The position numbers and the translations under genes are program-made. The notes below the pieces were generated by a model. The model made no database searches. It saw nothing but the letters and a program-made list of their open reading frames with translations, and was not told where the DNA came from. Shown one piece after another: positions 35,601-47,300 of a stretch of 64,000 nucleotides of DNA. Position 1 is the first letter of the stretch, and each line of letters begins with the position of its first letter. The stretch covers positions 17,294-81,293 of the forward strand of contig JBAXLI010000008.1 of assembly GCA_037134895.1 (NCBI GenBank). Reading direction: 5' to 3'. The stretch is from Bacteroidota bacterium. GTDB lineage: Bacteria; Bacteroidota; Bacteroidia; Bacteroidales; FEN-979.

Positions 35601-37006
35601 TAAACGAAACGGCGCATTCCAAAACGTTCATTATCTACAATACCATCTCCGAAATTGATACCATTAATGGCTTCTGCCTTTACCAGCACAGATCCCGAGA
35701 ATTCACCATGAGCGCCCCAGGTCATATCTATAGTCTGGTTATTATATGTTACAATATCGCAAAGGTTTGGCATGCTCCTGAAAGAAGGTCCTTTAATGCC
35801 GGGGCCATTATATGAGGGGTTGTCATACCCGTCAGCATCAAGATACGGACCCTGGAAAAAGTCAACACCTACAGCCGGTGGATGAGCTCCGTAAGCTTCA
35901 ACCTGTCCTGTTCCGTCGATGGGCTTGCCATTGTAGCAATAACCAAGGCCACGCATAACATCACAGCCAACATAGTCATCATTTGCATACCCCAGGTCAG
36001 GGTCTACCCACTGTGAGAAGTATGTGCCTGAAAGGGTATAGGTTGAACGGTTGATAAGTTCGTAAGAATAAAACGTCATATTATTGATTTCGTCGTTGGT
36101 TGCAAAGGCGAAATACTGTGCACGAATCTCCATACCGATCGGAGCTCCCTGGGTTTCGGAATGATAATTTCCTTTGTCATTGTATACACTCCAGAGAGTC
36201 TGGTCACCCTTGATAACCTGGTCGACAAGGATACCGGCCGTATCGGTGGGTCCGCCATTGAGGATATGTGCTCTTGCCTGGCGCTGTCCGGGCTTCAGTT
36301 TGTTGGGGCAGAGATCATTGTTGAGGTCGTAATAAGGATAGTCACCCTGGGTGGGAGAATAAATCCCGTCACCATTTCTGTCGAAGAAAGGAGCAAGATA
36401 AAGAGCTTGTCCTTTTGAAGGATCACCGTTTCCCGGCCAGTTTGTTATCGTTTTCGGAATGGTATATTCGGGGTATGAAGCCTGGTCGTCCCACCATGCA
36501 AGGAAAGCTGTTACATCGGCACGGGTCATAGGATACAACTGGTCATACTTGGCGCAGACTGCATCAGTGATAGATGCGGTACCGTCAACAGTGAGAGGGC
36601 CGGGCCAGAAATCGTTATTCGTTTGAGCATTCTGAATGGTCGGTCCCTGTCCGTATTTATAAGCAGCAAGTTTCAGGTTATTGTTCATATCGATACCACC
36701 GATCCAGAGAGAAAAAGAGTACATTGACATCTTCTTCGAACCTTTCGGTATTTCATATGAAGCAACCCCGTCATTAAACCAGCCGTTGCCATATGAACGA
36801 ATAATAGTTCTTACGTTATTCAAGTCAAGATATTTATAACCACCTCCGGGAGTACAACCGGCTGCAGCTTCTTTTATCGTCGGGCCGCTTTTAGGGTGCA
36901 ACACGGGTTGTTCACGTGCTATGAGTGCATTGGTTACCAGTAAAAAGCCAAGTGCAATCACTGAAACTCGGAATATATTTTTCATAATTATATTATTTGT
37001 TTTCAT
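32609..37006 (-). CDS. Very large secreted protein of unknown function with a T9SS C-terminal sorting domain
   Basis: 1465 aa with a signal peptide. I recognise no catalytic motif. The last ~90 aa fit the T9SS CTD pattern (VVPNPYYAY...CTVTIFDLSGTLIRQY...GGVYLIHVKADN...). Confidence 0.6.
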   Translation of the reverse strand: MKTNNIIMKNIFRVSVIALGFLLVTNALIAREQPVLHPKSGPTIKEAAAGCTPGGGYKYLDLNNVRTIIRSYGNGWFNDGVASYEIPKGSKKMSMYSFSLWIGGIDMNNNLKLAAYKYGQGPTIQNAQTNNDFWPGPLTVDGTASITDAVCAKYDQLYPMTRADVTAFLAWWDDQASYPEYTIPKTITNWPGNGDPSKGQALYLAPFFDRNGDGIYSPTQGDYPYYDLNNDLCPNKLKPGQRQARAHILNGGPTDTAGILVDQVIKGDQTLWSVYNDKGNYHSETQGAPIGMEIRAQYFAFATNDEINNMTFYSYELINRSTYTLSGTYFSQWVDPDLGYANDDYVGCDVMRGLGYCYNGKPIDGTGQVEAYGAHPPAVGVDFFQGPYLDADGYDNPSYNGPGIKGPSFRSMPNLCDIVTYNNQTIDMTWGAHGEFSGSVLVKAEAINGINFGDGIVDNERFGMRRFVYHNNSGVPDYMQDPAYAPQYYNYLKGIWRDNTRMIYGGNGNLQGGGYGPTCDFMFPGDSDPCLWGTYGLEPNRPGTWTEATAGNNPSDRRFMQSAGEFTLLPGACNYITVGIPWARSIAGTNLESVELLRQVDDKCQTLFDNCFAVLNGPNAPDMTIEELNQELIIYLTNRKSNDAGNNYQEKYQEYDPTIQTPTTSKVRYDSLYHFEGYQIYQLKDATVSAADLDDATKSRQVAQCDIKNGVTKLVDWVYDPNLGGNKGQVMVDGTDLGVKHSFVLNTDLFSQGDPTFINHKQYYYMVIAYAYNNFKQYNPNDPAGLDGQKTPYLRGRGNIKQYTAIPHIPVGIVSNSFYGEGPEITRIQGQGNGGMILNLTQSTVDSIMMKPPADSLTNTYGGPDYPIAYRANYSVGAGPIGVKVIDPLNVISGKYMVKLDSMVPGPSTGNPFYNKKIMFGKWSAVDLTNFKTFRSDTSTIYPYESLFIELGFAITINQVPYPGDSVNAQGVASNNGMLWAPAAIYQDSLTRWLSGVPDSDVPASPLNWIRSGSYSTTNAAQVKYNDYDYDGSPKRPWDPNKNFGKIQVLDVPYTINGTTVTATGATWAPYVLAAAVEQTVNKNGPAYSLKQKRDYCKLTDIPSVDIVFTPDKSKWTRCPVIELCSDTNLSQGHAEQFSIRKAPSVNIEGQAGVSNVNPTLNSNYISATGMGWFPGYAINIETGERLNIMFGENSWLGADNGSDMLFNPSSRVFSPSGAPVFGGEHYIYIMGHMTKIVDASKFQVFPAYDAGAKLYTVMNQTKVDKWLAYGTALYTSIPLSVDGVPWLANQVTIKIRVNRAYQRYYSEPLPSTSKDTLNRNYPVYMFNTTPIATQKNNTDKATTDLDLINVVPNPYYAYDDYERNQLDNRIKIVNLPTKCTVTIFDLSGTLIRQYNVDKAGIPEPRSSTAGLNTDAKTSIDWDLKNFAGIPISGGVYLIHVKADNLGERTIRWFGMLRPVDLNSL

Positions 37007-37037
37007 ACGTCGCTTCTTTAACCTTAAATTACCTCGT

Positions 37038-40000
37038 TTAGAAATTGAACATTAAACCAAGCCTGATTGTACGAGGGCTGCTGTAATTATAAGGGCTCTG
37101 CATCTGAATAGTATACATGTCCCTGTATGCCTGGGGATCAACCTGCTGGTTGATGACAGTCTGCCATTCAGGGGCTGTAAGGAATCCGTCATCATTGGGA
37201 GAACCTGTTGCAGGGTAAACGTAGGTAACGTTTTTGGTGTTGAGCAGGTTGTTGATTTCGAGATAAACATCAAGACTACCTGTTTTTTTCTTGTTAAGGG
37301 CAAAATCAAACTCCTTGTCGATGCGGAGGTTCAGGAGGAACTGCCATGGAAGGCGGGCGCCGTTGATAGAACCCTGGATGGGGCCCATCACTCCGAAAGG
37401 AAGGATCCTGCTTGATTTGGTATACGGGGTACCTGAACCACCGGTAAGGGTTAAGTTACCTCCGAAATTAGAAAGGAACTGTACCGGCGGCTTGCCTTTT
37501 TTCTTACGGTTGATGACTGGTCCGTTATAGTCCTTGCCCGAACCCCAGCGGTAGTCAATACTGATATTGAACTGATGGCGGCGGTCATAACTGAGAGGGT
37601 TAAGAGTTCTCAGGTTAGGCTGGTCGGAACGGATGATACCACCTGCTGCATCATTGTCAGAACCTGTACCTGTTGCAAACTGCAAGGTGTAGTTGAAACG
37701 AATACGAGCGTTGCCTGTCCGGCGGAGGTCATAGGTAAGGGTTAAACCTTTAACTGTTCCAAAGTCGATATTATTATAAGAATAATACGTTTTGGGATAA
37801 GCTCCCGAGAGACGATACTGCTGGATCTGGTCGCGCATTTCACGGTAGAAGGCGGCAAGTTTCAGTGAGGAAGCGTTATTGATTTTCTGCTGGAAGCCGA
37901 TTTCATAGTCGATGGTCTTTTCAGGTTTCAGGTTCGGGTTGCGGATTGTACCATTGGACCCTGTAGTTGCAATGAAAAGATACCTGATTGGTTCGATCTG
38001 AACTGCACCCTGGGCTGGACGCTGTGTGAGGATGTCATAATGGGCATAGAACAATGCGTCGTCGGAGATCGGGAAGGAGAAGGAGATACGAGGCATTACA
38101 TTAGTCTGTGGGGTATACTGCTTGAAAACTTCGCCTGTAATGACCTGGTTACCCGGATCGATCAGGAAGGGCTTAACACCGGTCGGATCGATGATACGCG
38201 GGTCAGTAACAGCTGTACCGTCTTTGGTATACCAGTTGTTTCCGCTACGGTAACCGGTAATACTTGTAGGATTGTTCAGGTCGTCAACATATACAACATA
38301 ATCGCTGCCCATACTTGAAGGAACAAGCGCATCTTTAAGGGCGGTGCTTCCAAGAGAAGAAACGGTGTAAGCCGGGTAGAACAGGTAAGGATCTTTAAGA
38401 ACCATCTGGTTTGCATCGAAACGGTCAACACGGATTCCGATATTGAAGATCAGATCTTTGAAAGCAAATTTATCCTGGATATAACCAGCCATGTAAATCG
38501 GGCGGTAAGCGCCGATCGGACGGGTGAAGTTGCCATTGGCGTCAGTGGCGGTAAAGAAATCGTCAAAAGCCGGCTGGCCTGATAATTTGTTGCCTGTGTA
38601 ATCATACCCATAATATCCTACGAGAGGGGCGCCATTATTTAACAATTCATCAGCGCTGAACATATCGATAGAGAAGATCGAAGAGCCTGCAGTTGTTGTA
38701 TGGAGCTTCATCTGGTTGTCATAGTAATTGATCGAGTTATTGGCAAAATCATAGGAATAAATATCGATAAGGTCGGTTCCGTCAACAGGAAGGCCGAGTT
38801 TCTTACGAAGGTTAATGTCAAAGTTTCTCTGAGCAGGCTGGTCGTATTTACGGAAATAGTTAATAGTATCCATAAATACTCCGTCCCTGTAAACAAGCTG
38901 GGGATTCGATTTGTCAAGCTGTGTAAGCTGGAAGTTGGTCAGACCCCGCATAAGCGGCCAGAGGCTTACACCGTTATACCCGATAAATCGTGATGTTCTC
39001 TGCTGATACTGCAAACCAATCTGAATTTCATGGTTGCCAAGGTCAGCGGCAAAAGAAGCGTTCACTGCAATCTGATCGCTGGTGTTCTTGTTATAGCCTG
39101 TGTTATTAACACCGGTGGGAGTCCACATTGAATAAGCGCCCTGGGGCTGCATACCATTGATAAGGCCTCTTCCGGAAATGATGTTATCAAGATTATCATA
39201 ATGGCCGGCAGGATTATCGTAGAAACCGTAATACTGTGAAGTCCAGGCAGATGACTCGGGATTGATATCAGAAGGTTTGTAAATTACGATAGTATCCTGG
39301 GTGTTGTTCTGAAGGTGAGCCCATTTACGTGCAATACTGTCGTATGCGAGCTGGGGGGTATAGGTGCGGATGCTGTGGGTTTGAAAACTGCCTACATAGC
39401 CATACTTGAATAATTCCTTCTGAAGGGTGGGGTCCTGGGTTTCGCCGTAATTCCTGGTAAAGTCAGCACCAATGGAATAGTACATGTTCTTTATGAACGA
39501 CTTGCTGTCCTGGGCCTGGAGGAAACGCTGGGTGAAACGTGCATTGACGCGCCAGGTATAACCCTGGGATGCTGAGTTGCCTTCCCAGTCCATCAGGCTT
39601 TGCCCGAATGCGAAGTTATGACTGTTGAAATAGGAGAAAGTACCGCCAAATGAAAGGTTGATACTGCGGGAAACCCTGAAATCGAGTTTACCCGAAATGT
39701 TAACGTTATACCCCCTGCTGTTCAGGGTTGTTTTTGTTTTCTCAAAATCGTTGAAGGTAAGGAATTCATTGTTGTAGAAAACACCCTGGGACTGTCCGTA
39801 CTGCCTGAGAGGGTTTGTTTTCAGAAAGTCAAGCATGTTGTCATTTACCTTGTAATTCGGATAAGCTGCCGGAGCTCCGTCTTTTGTGTAGATGAAGTCA
39901 CCTGCAACGAAGAATCCCATGATAGGGGTCTTGGTTCCTTTAACAGTATCTTTCTTGGAAAAAACAGGGCCTGTAAAATTCAGACCGAGACGGTTATATC

Positions 40001-40745
40001 CAAACGCATCAAGAAACTGGGAGGTCTGCATATCAATACCTCCGTTGAAGTCCTTTGAAGGACCTCTTGTAGTAACACTGATGATACCACCTGTCGCATC
40101 ACCATAGGCTGCCGGCGTACCTCCGAGGATAACCTCCACCTGTTCGATGGCTGACTGGGGAAGTGCATTACTACCTGTTACGCGCATACCGTCAATATAG
40201 TAAACCGTACCTGATGAACGGGCACCACGCATACTGGTAATGTCACCATTTGCATTCGTGGTCACACCTCCAACTGTGGTGGCGACAGCCTCGGCTGAAC
40301 GGTTGGCCATTTTGGCAATTTCGTCGGAGGTGACTGTTCCTCCGGATGTTGTCTGGTCTTTGGAGATCAGGGGAACTTTGTAATCGACCACCTGTACTTC
40401 CTGGAGGTTGGTGGCAGTCTGCTCAAGTTCCAGGTCCTGGAACGTGATCTTGTCCACAATGATCTGGATGCCTTTCATCTGCATTGGCCTGTAACCAACA
40501 TAGGATGCTTTCAGGTCGATTTTACCTCCGGGGATGGGCTTGATGAGGTAGTTGCCATCAAAATCTGTTGTGGCCCCTCCCACCTGGACACCTCCAAGTT
40601 CAATGACTATGTTGGCAAAAGGAATAGGTTCCTTCGTAGCCTTGTCAACAATTTTCCCCTTGAGGGTCCCTGATCCGGTTTGTGAGAATACCAACAAACT
40701 TGTTGTCAGTACGAACGCAAGAGTTAATAGTAAATTTCTTAACAT
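37038..40745 (-). CDS. TonB-dependent-receptor-like outer-membrane protein with an N-terminal carboxypeptidase-regulatory-like domain
   Basis: Start at ATG 40745; the track's 40754 start is TTG. Features: a signal peptide, a CarbopepD_reg-like domain (GTLKGKIVDKATKEPIPFANIVI), a plug-like segment (..VVDYKVPLISKDQTTSGGTVTSDEIAKM..), and a long beta-barrel ending in ..RTIRLGLMFNF. Confidence 0.7.
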   Translation of the reverse strand: MLRNLLLTLAFVLTTSLLVFSQTGSGTLKGKIVDKATKEPIPFANIVIELGGVQVGGATTDFDGNYLIKPIPGGKIDLKASYVGYRPMQMKGIQIIVDKITFQDLELEQTATNLQEVQVVDYKVPLISKDQTTSGGTVTSDEIAKMANRSAEAVATTVGGVTTNANGDITSMRGARSSGTVYYIDGMRVTGSNALPQSAIEQVEVILGGTPAAYGDATGGIISVTTRGPSKDFNGGIDMQTSQFLDAFGYNRLGLNFTGPVFSKKDTVKGTKTPIMGFFVAGDFIYTKDGAPAAYPNYKVNDNMLDFLKTNPLRQYGQSQGVFYNNEFLTFNDFEKTKTTLNSRGYNVNISGKLDFRVSRSINLSFGGTFSYFNSHNFAFGQSLMDWEGNSASQGYTWRVNARFTQRFLQAQDSKSFIKNMYYSIGADFTRNYGETQDPTLQKELFKYGYVGSFQTHSIRTYTPQLAYDSIARKWAHLQNNTQDTIVIYKPSDINPESSAWTSQYYGFYDNPAGHYDNLDNIISGRGLINGMQPQGAYSMWTPTGVNNTGYNKNTSDQIAVNASFAADLGNHEIQIGLQYQQRTSRFIGYNGVSLWPLMRGLTNFQLTQLDKSNPQLVYRDGVFMDTINYFRKYDQPAQRNFDINLRKKLGLPVDGTDLIDIYSYDFANNSINYYDNQMKLHTTTAGSSIFSIDMFSADELLNNGAPLVGYYGYDYTGNKLSGQPAFDDFFTATDANGNFTRPIGAYRPIYMAGYIQDKFAFKDLIFNIGIRVDRFDANQMVLKDPYLFYPAYTVSSLGSTALKDALVPSSMGSDYVVYVDDLNNPTSITGYRSGNNWYTKDGTAVTDPRIIDPTGVKPFLIDPGNQVITGEVFKQYTPQTNVMPRISFSFPISDDALFYAHYDILTQRPAQGAVQIEPIRYLFIATTGSNGTIRNPNLKPEKTIDYEIGFQQKINNASSLKLAAFYREMRDQIQQYRLSGAYPKTYYSYNNIDFGTVKGLTLTYDLRRTGNARIRFNYTLQFATGTGSDNDAAGGIIRSDQPNLRTLNPLSYDRRHQFNISIDYRWGSGKDYNGPVINRKKKGKPPVQFLSNFGGNLTLTGGSGTPYTKSSRILPFGVMGPIQGSINGARLPWQFLLNLRIDKEFDFALNKKKTGSLDVYLEINNLLNTKNVTYVYPATGSPNDDGFLTAPEWQTVINQQVDPQAYRDMYTIQMQSPYNYSSPRTIRLGLMFNF

Positions 40746-40933
40746 ACCATACAATTTTATGTTAGATTATGATGCGCTTAAAAAGGTGGTAAAAGTAATA
40801 ATTATTTAAAATGAAATTCAAAATATTTAATAAGTCCTACAAATATATACCCATTCTAAATTAGGATCAACTTATATAGATAACATGTTGACAATGATCG
40901 CCAAAGTGGAATATTTCAGCTTTGAAAATCCTA

Positions 40934-41188
40934 TCAGCGCTTAACAGGAGTAAGGGAGCCTGATTCTTTCCTGCTTTGACGCATCATCCCTCTGGTATTC
41001 TTGGATTGAATCTTTTTATGCCGCTTTACTGCGTCGTGGTATTCCTTCTCTGCTTTCTTCTGTTTTCTGGCCCTTTCCTTGTTTATTTTTTTCTGATTTA
41101 CCCTGTGTTCCTGCCCCGAAGCCCACGATATGCTAAGGGCTAGAATCAACATCAACATAATCAAGCGTTTAAGCTTGTGTTTCAGCAT
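40934..41188 (-). CDS. Small secreted lysine/arginine-rich hypothetical protein
   Basis: 84 aa. A signal-peptide-like N-terminus is followed by a highly basic low-complexity tail. I recognise no homology. Confidence 0.35.
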   Translation of the reverse strand: MLKHKLKRLIMLMLILALSISWASGQEHRVNQKKINKERARKQKKAEKEYHDAVKRHKKIQSKNTRGMMRQSRKESGSLTPVKR

Positions 41189-41356
41189 TTAAAAATAGCT
41201 TAGATGATCAATCTGGTGAAAACTGATGCACGAAGATACAAAATTAACCGGAACTGAGTACAGACCTAACATTTTTTAAACCGGAAGAATTAAATTTTAT
41301 CTTGCACAAGAATTGAACGATTCTTACGTTAAAATGATATATCCGGGAACAGGACT

Positions 41357-41792
41357 ATGAAAAGATTTGTGAAACCTGCAGTCATCTTACCCTTCTTTTT
41401 TGCTTTTATTGTAATTTCCTGCAGCAAGACAGAGGACACTCAAAGGCCTGAGATCCCTTATGTGTTAGTAAATTTTTTCATAACACCCAATTCAACTCAG
41501 TATATCGAGCTGAACCATATAGGCGGTTCTGTCGCTGTTACAGGGGGATATAAAGGAATAATAATCTACAGGAAAACCGAAAACGAATTCATGGCTTTTG
41601 AGCGGGCATGTGCTTACGATCCCACAGCCGACAGTTCCCAGGTCAGGATTGAGGTTTCGGGGATTACCTGCAATTGTCCCAAATGTAAATCGAAGTATAT
41701 ATTACTTGATGGTTCGCCATTCCAGGGGCCATCCCAATGGGCTCTTAAACAATATCGTACAAACTACGACGGAACCTATCTTTACATATCGA

Positions 41793-41797
<5 letters not shown>
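41357..41797 (+). CDS. Hypothetical lipoprotein (Cys-rich C-terminal half)
   Basis: 146 aa with a lipobox (FIVISCSK) and a C-terminal CxC/CxxC pattern (ITCNCPKCKSKY). Its stop codon TAG lies inside the first unit of repeat locus L5. Confidence 0.5.
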
Positions 41798-43518
<1,721 letters not shown>

Positions 43519-43610
43519 CGCACTCCCATTTCCAATTCCCGGTAATATGTATTACTTTTGATGCAGATCATGACAAAACTTATAAAACAGAAATCCCCAC
43601 CTCCACTATC

Positions 43611-44366
43611 ATGCCATTGATATTAGGACGAAACAGGCCAAACGGAGCAATCGGTGTCTGGCAAATTACCGAAGATGAAACTGCGCTCAGCACCCTTGCC
43701 TCTGCCGTTGAAGAGGACGAGAAAGTGGTCAGGACCTTCAAAAATGAATCGAGGCGGAAACAATGGTATGCCTGCCGGGCTTTGCTCAGGCAGATGCTTT
43801 CTTTTGACGAGGTGAAAGTCGATTATGACATGCATGGCAGACCATCTCTCAGGGGATTTAAGGGAGATATTTCATTTTCCCATACACAGGATTATGCAGC
43901 AGTAATATTGAATAAGGTGGGACGTGCCGGGATTGACATAGAAAAAATCAATCCCAGGATACACCGGGTTGCAGATAGGTTCCTTCAGGATGAAGAACTG
44001 GAGCACGTATCACGTATCGCGAGAAACGAGGAACGAGGAACGTGTCACCAATCACCAACAAACAGCAACCAACAACCAACAACCAATCCCCAACCCCCAA
44101 TCCCCAACCCCCAACCCCCAATCCCCAACCCCCAATCCCCAACCACTGAACTCCTATATTTATACTGGTGTGCAAAGGAAGCGTTATATAAATTTTATGG
44201 TAATCCCTCGGTTGACCTGAAAAATGATATCTACATCATTGCATTTGATTATTTTTGCAATCCAAATGCCGCCTTCACTTCACGGGTAAAATCATCGGAA
44301 GGCATCAGAGAACATGAACTCTTATCGGTCAGGATAGGGGATCATATGCTTGTTTATACCTTATAA
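43611..44366 (+). CDS. Sfp-type 4'-phosphopantetheinyl transferase carrying an in-frame 42-codon heptamer-array insertion
   Basis: Start trimmed to ATG 43611; the upstream part of the track ORF is only open frame through repeat locus L6. PPTase motifs are present (..[10 protein letters not shown].., ..GIDIEKI.., ..[13 protein letters not shown]). Residues [42 protein letters not shown] are encoded by repeat locus L7. Confidence 0.75.
   Translation: MPLILGRNRPNGAIGVWQITEDETALSTLASAVEEDEKVVRTFKNESRRKQWYACRALLRQMLSFDEVKVDYDMHGRPSLRGFKGDISFSHTQDYAAVILNKVGRAGIDIEKINPRIHRVADRFLQDEELEHVSRIARNEERGTCHQSPTNSNQQPTTNPQPPIPNPQPPIPNPQSPTTELLYLYWCAKEALYKFYGNPSVDLKNDIYIIAFDYFCNPNAAFTSRVKSSEGIREHELLSVRIGDHMLVYTL
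44018..44143. repeat. Heptamer array locus L7 (inside the PPTase gene): 18 in-phase units grading from class-B'-like through CACCAAC/AACCAAC to class A'
   Basis: Counting 7-mers from 44018 gives CGCGAGA, AACGAGG x2, AACGTGT, CACCAAT, CACCAAC, AAACAGC, AACCAAC x2, AACCAAT, then CCCCAAC/CCCCAAT x8. That is 126 nt, or exactly 42 codons. Confidence 0.9.
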
Positions 44367-44373
44367 AGAGCGA

Positions 44374-47300
44374 ATGACAACATTAAAAGCTGCAATAAAA
44401 GAGAGAGTTCTTACCCTGGATGGAGCAATGGGGACCATGATACAGAGGTATAAGCTCGATGAAGCAGCCTTCAGGGGTGAGAGATTCAGGGAGTTTAAAC
44501 ATTCCCTGAAGGGGAACAATGACATCCTGGTTCTCACCCAGCCCCAGGTCATCCGCGAGATCCACGAGAAATATCTTGAAGCCGGAGCCGACATCATCGA
44601 GACAAATACATTTAACGGCACAAGGATCTCACAGGCTGATTACCATACCGAAGAATATGTTTACGATATAAATTTTGCAGCTGCCAGGCTTGCCAGGGAG
44701 GCAGCCGATAATTTTTCCGCATCCGGATCAGGCAAACCACGCTGGGTTGCAGGATCAATGGGCCCTACCAATAAAACTGCTTCTCTTTCACCCGATGTTC
44801 AGAACCCCGCTTTCCGCGCAGTAACCTTTGACCAGCTTTATGAAGCCTACAGGGAACAGACCCGTGGCCTCATCGACGGAGGGGTGGATATGCTCATGGT
44901 CGAAACGATTTTTGACACTCTGAATGCAAAAGCTGCATTGATCGGCGTTTTTGACGAAATTGAAGCCAGGGGTCTGAAAGGTAAATTTCCGGTAGTTGCC
45001 TCTGGAACCATCACGGATCTTTCTGGCAGAACCCTCTCGGGACAGACTCTTGAGGCCTTCCTGTTTTCCCTCTCGCATTTCGACCTTTTTGCAATCGGAC
45101 TGAACTGCGCGCTCGGAGCCAGGGAGCTGAGGCCATATATAAAGGAACTCGCCGCCAAAGCCCCGTTCCCGGTTATTGCCTTCCCGAATGCCGGACTTCC
45201 AAACCAGTTCGGAGAATATGACCAGCCTCCTGCACAGATGGCTGAGTATATTAAAGATTTCCTTGACAATGGTTTTGTTAACCTTGTCGGCGGATGTTGT
45301 GGTACCACCCCCGAATATATTGCCCGCTTCTCTGAACTCGCTGCCAAAGCCATTCCGAGGGTTGTCCCCCCCCGCAAAAATGAACTGCACCTCAGCGGCC
45401 TTGAACCCCTGGTGATCTTTGAAGGAAGCAATTTTATCAATATAGGTGAACGGACGAATGTAAGCGGTTCGAAAAAATTCGCCAGGCTCATCAGGGAGGA
45501 AAAATACGAAGAAGCCCTCTCTGTCGCCCGTCAGCAGGTTGAAAACGGAGCCCAGGTCATCGATATCAGCATGGATGAAGCCATGCTCGATGCCGAAAAA
45601 TCCATGACCGGCTTTCTGAATATGATTGCCTCCGACCCCGATATTGCAAGAGTTCCCGTGATGATAGATTCATCCAAATGGTCGGTGCTGAAAAGCGGGC
45701 TGAAGTGCGTTCAGGGTAAATGCATAGTAAATTCAATAAGTCTCAAGGAAGGCGAAAAATCTTTTCTCGAACATGCCAGGTATGTCAGGAAATTCGGTGC
45801 TGCGGTCGTCGTCATGGCATTCGATGAGGAAGGACAGGCCACCTCTTTTGAAAGGCGGATCGAAATTGCAAAGAGAGCCTATGACCTTCTGACTGACAAG
45901 GCTGATTTCAGACCCGAAGACATCATTTTCGACCCCAATATTCTTACTGTTGCAACAGGAATAGAAGAGCATAATAACTATGCAGTGGATTTTCTGAATG
46001 CAACCCGCTGGATAAAGAAGAACCTTCCATTTGCAAGGGTCAGCGGGGGGATAAGCAATCTCTCCTTCTCTTTCAGGGGAAATGACTTCCTGCGTGAAGC
46101 CATGCATTCGGCTTTCCTGTTCCATGCCATTCAGGCTGGACTCGATATGGGAATTGTCAATGCAGGAGCTTTACCGGTTTACGACGAAATCGAAAAGGAG
46201 CTGCTTAAACTTGTTGAAGACGTTATCCTGAACCGGAGGAAAGACGGAACAGAGAGGTTGCTCGCCTACGCCGACAACATGAAGGAAGGCCCCGACAGGG
46301 AAAAGAAAGCCGAGGAATGGAGGGCCTTGCCTGTTGTCGAAAGACTCCAGCACTCTCTGATAAAAGGAATAACTGAGTTTATAGAGCAGGATGTTGAAGA
46401 AGCCCTGCCATTATTCGACCAGGCCCTTAAGGTTATCGAAGGCCCCCTGATGGATGGCATGAATATCGTTGGCGACCTGTTCGGAAGCGGCAAAATGTTT
46501 CTGCCCCAGGTTGTTAAAAGCGCCAGGGTCATGAAAAAAGCTGTTGGCTATCTCACCCCCAGGATTGAAGCTGAAAAAAAAGCAGGTTCCTCCGCCGCCA
46601 AACCCAACGGGAAGATCCTGATGGCTACTGTAAAAGGAGATGTTCACGATATCGGCAAGAACATCGTTGGGGTCATCCTGGCCTGCAATAACTACGAAGT
46701 GATAGACCTCGGGGTAATGGTCCCTACTGAAAGGATTATTGCTGCCGCAAGAGAACATGGAGTTGATATTATCGGACTTAGCGGCCTCATCACACCTTCT
46801 CTAGAGGAAATGGTGAATGTTGCAATGGAAATGAAAAGGGAAAAGCTCAGCATACCCCTTCTGCTCGGCGGAGCCACCACTTCGGAGATCCACACCGCTG
46901 TGAAAGTGGAGCCTGAATATCCGCATGGTGTCATCCACGTTAAGGATGCATCAAAAGCAGTGGGAGTTGCAGCGAATCTCCTTTCCGATGAAAACCGCGA
47001 TGCCTTCCTCCAGAAGATTAAATTAAAATATGCAGGGATGCGTTCCCTGTATGATAAAAAGGCCGATTACGAGTACCTGAACCTCAGTGATGCCCGCAGG
47101 AACAGGCTGAAAACTGACTGGAAGAAATATCTGCCGGTCAAACCCGAACTGCTGGGAACCAAGGTGTTTATTGATTACCCCCTTGATGAACTGGTGCCAT
47201 ATATCGACTGGACCTTCTTCTTCCATGCCTGGAAACTGGGAGGAAAATATCCGCAGATATTCAGTGACCCGGTGAAAGGGACTGAAGCTAAAAAACTTTT

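Noticed and set aside
32609-37006. The 1465-aa protein upstream of the PorV-like gene could be the T9SS sortase PorU (porU-porV are often adjacent)
   Set aside because: I could not find gingipain/C25-like catalytic motifs or the conserved PorU N-terminal region as I remember them. It is called an unknown T9SS cargo instead. A profile search is needed for certainty.
40755-41356. The two longest gene-poor AT-rich gaps were checked for tRNA or other small RNA genes
   Set aside because: No cloverleaf-compatible stems or conserved tRNA boxes were seen. The regions look like promoter/leader DNA around a small basic-protein ORF.
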